Shown: piece after piece, positions 62,469 to 64,000 of the stretch
How positions within the stretch are numbered: position 1 is the stretch's first letter
Layout: the number at the start of each line of letters is the position of its first letter
Origin: Syntrophales bacterium
GTDB taxonomy: Bacteria; Desulfobacterota; Syntrophia; Syntrophales; UBA2210
Assembly (NCBI GenBank): GCA_963662405.2
Contig: CAXXKT010000002.1
Location: forward strand, 288,001 to 352,000
Reading direction: 5' to 3'
DNA length: 64,000 nucleotides
Program-made: the position numbers and the translations under genes
Notes under the pieces: generated by a model
Told to the model about the DNA's origin: nothing
Database searches by the model: none
The model's input: only the letters and a program-made list of their open reading frames with translations

Positions 62469-63812
62469 TCATGTCTTCACCTTCAGTCCCACGCCGCGTA
62501 TCATGCGCTTCCGTTCCGCTGATTTCCGGGGACGGTAGATCCGGATGTTGTTCACGGCGTTCTCGAGCTCGCGGAAGAAGTTGTTGTTCGATGTCGGCAT
62601 GTACCCGTTCATCCCGCAGTACTGCCGGTACTGGCTATCGATCTCGTCCTTGGCCACTTCCTCTTCACTGCCGGTGACGCACTCGTCCTCGACGAAGGAG
62701 AGGATCGGGCTGTTCGATCTTCGGTATGACATGATAAGGGCGCGGGTCTCCTCGCAGTCGGTGAACCGGCCCTTCTCCATCAGTCTCCTGAGACCGCAGA
62801 GCGCCCAGTAGAAGATCTCCGACAGCTCTTCTTTGAGCTTGTCGAAGAGGTAGGGATCCCGTTCGGGATCCCCATCGAGGAACTGCCGCTTGAATCTGAC
62901 CGGCAGGAATCGTTCGTACAGCGCATCGGAGGTGTCCTTGATGCGGGGCAGGATGTTCCCGGCGAATATCAGCTTGCAGTACGGGGCGAACTCGAAGTTG
63001 TCCCGGTCTCTGAAGGCGTCCAGCTGGTCGTCGGGAAACGTCTTGAGCTTTGTTGTCTGGGTGATTGCATTAAAACCGTGAGACAGGGCGCAGATCGTGT
63101 CGCTTTCGCCCTCGCACAGAATGACCGTGTCATCGGGGTGCAGGGGGCGTGCCGGGAAGAGGCGCGAACGGCCGGTGGAGCGGGCGAAGGAGATGATCTA
63201 GTAGCGCTTCGCCCCCGGGCGGTAGAGCCTGATGTTGACCAGATTCCCGTCAGTGTCCCGTACGAGGACGGCCAGCCGGTCCGGGACCTTGATGGCCACC
63301 AGGGCGCCCTTCTTCGACAGGTAGTGCGTCTGGAGGCGGAGGTCGAGGATCTCCATCCACTTCCGGGACCATCCCCGCTCCTTCTCCATGCGGGCCAGGA
63401 GATTATCCGGAAGGGCCGTGAAGAGCTCCAGGGCGCGCTCCATCTGCTCATTGACTACTGCAGGATCGAGGGGAGGTGTCTCTTTCTCCGATCGATCCCG
63501 GGTGGTGTTCTTTGCTCTTCCTGACAGATCGATCGGGATGTCGTAGGCCTCGCAGAAGGCCCTGAATCCCTCCTTCCGGCCGTAACCCTTCACCTCGAAC
63601 CACAGCCTGATCAGATCGCCGTCGGCGTTGCAGGAAAGGCATTTATAGACGTCTTTCTTGAAGTTGTACGAAAAGGAGGGATTCTTCTCACCGTGGAGGG
63701 GACAGAGGCCGTGCAGTTCGCCCTTTGCCTCGTCGACGCTCGTGACGGTGAACAGCGTCCTTGCAATCTCCGCCCGGCGGGCTTCTCCCAGGTATTTTGC
63801 GGCAAGACCCAC
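62469..63812 (-). pseudogene. CHC2 zinc finger-Toprim-D5/P4-type primase-helicase, disrupted
   Basis: CPLHGEKNPSF..CLSC, in-frame TAG at 63198-63200, CEGESD Toprim joined to KLIFAGN..P helicase C-terminus; no Walker A. Confidence 0.82.
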
Positions 63813-64000
63813 TATAAAACCCCTTTTCCTTCTCCTGGAACGGCCCGAGTTCCCGCAGTCTTACCTTTACCCTCAGAATCGGGGAAAATCGAAAATTGAC
63901 GCTGAAACTGCCCCCCAACAACCACTTTCAAGGGTTTCCTCGCAAGGGACGCCCCCCTTACTTGTCCCACAAGGGAGGGATTCTTTCCCATACGGTATGA

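Larger units (their letters stand above)
35137..64000. mobile_element. Decayed composite genomic island downstream of tRNA-Lys (right end not seen)
   Basis: Post-tRNA hairpin, TGTAGCCAC direct repeats at 35194-35213, integrase remnant, dense IS, pseudogene and phage content, more AT-rich DNA. Confidence 0.7.

Noticed and set aside
61984..62472. N-terminal extension of the 298-aa ORF with GP repeats
   Set aside because: Translation of the iteron array; a better SD and start lie at 61983
63198..63200. Pyrrolysine or programmed read-through of the primase TAG
   Set aside because: The gene also lacks its ATPase core and no pyl genes are in the window; a nonsense mutation is simpler

Overview
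Bacterial DNA whose gene content suggests a Deltaproteobacterium (Syntrophales/Desulfobacterota-like; inference only). It has three zones. (1) 1-3300: the end of an element carrying a small serine resolvase, an RHH protein and a large serine recombinase, integrated into and truncating yjbQ. (2) 3.3-35 kb: mostly core genes. These are an unusual minD-like/ECF-HAMP/Zn-ADH/AhcY-like operon, an integrase-less esterase islet at tRNA-fMet, a kinase plus receiver-adenylate cyclase pair, pdaD-speB-lpxH, lptFG, ahcY, a divergent metK, panCD with a pan-type leader, sppA, rpsA, pepA, dppDF, tRNA-Arg(UCG) and tRNA-Lys(CUU). (3) 35.1-64 kb: a decayed island after tRNA-Lys with c-di-GMP signalling genes, IS200, IS1595, IS3, IS110 and IS630 copies or remnants, an integrase-less integron-type cassette array and a degraded primase-carrying phage or satellite. 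The most striking unexplained signal is a non-coding module in six copies, found only in accessory DNA. It has a conserved TTGACA/TAGAGTTA block, a Shine-Dalgarno + AUG-GYC-UGA core and a G-U-containing terminator, is hit by IS3 and IS110, and in one case abuts a candidate attI site. All calls were made by eye; no database searches were run.
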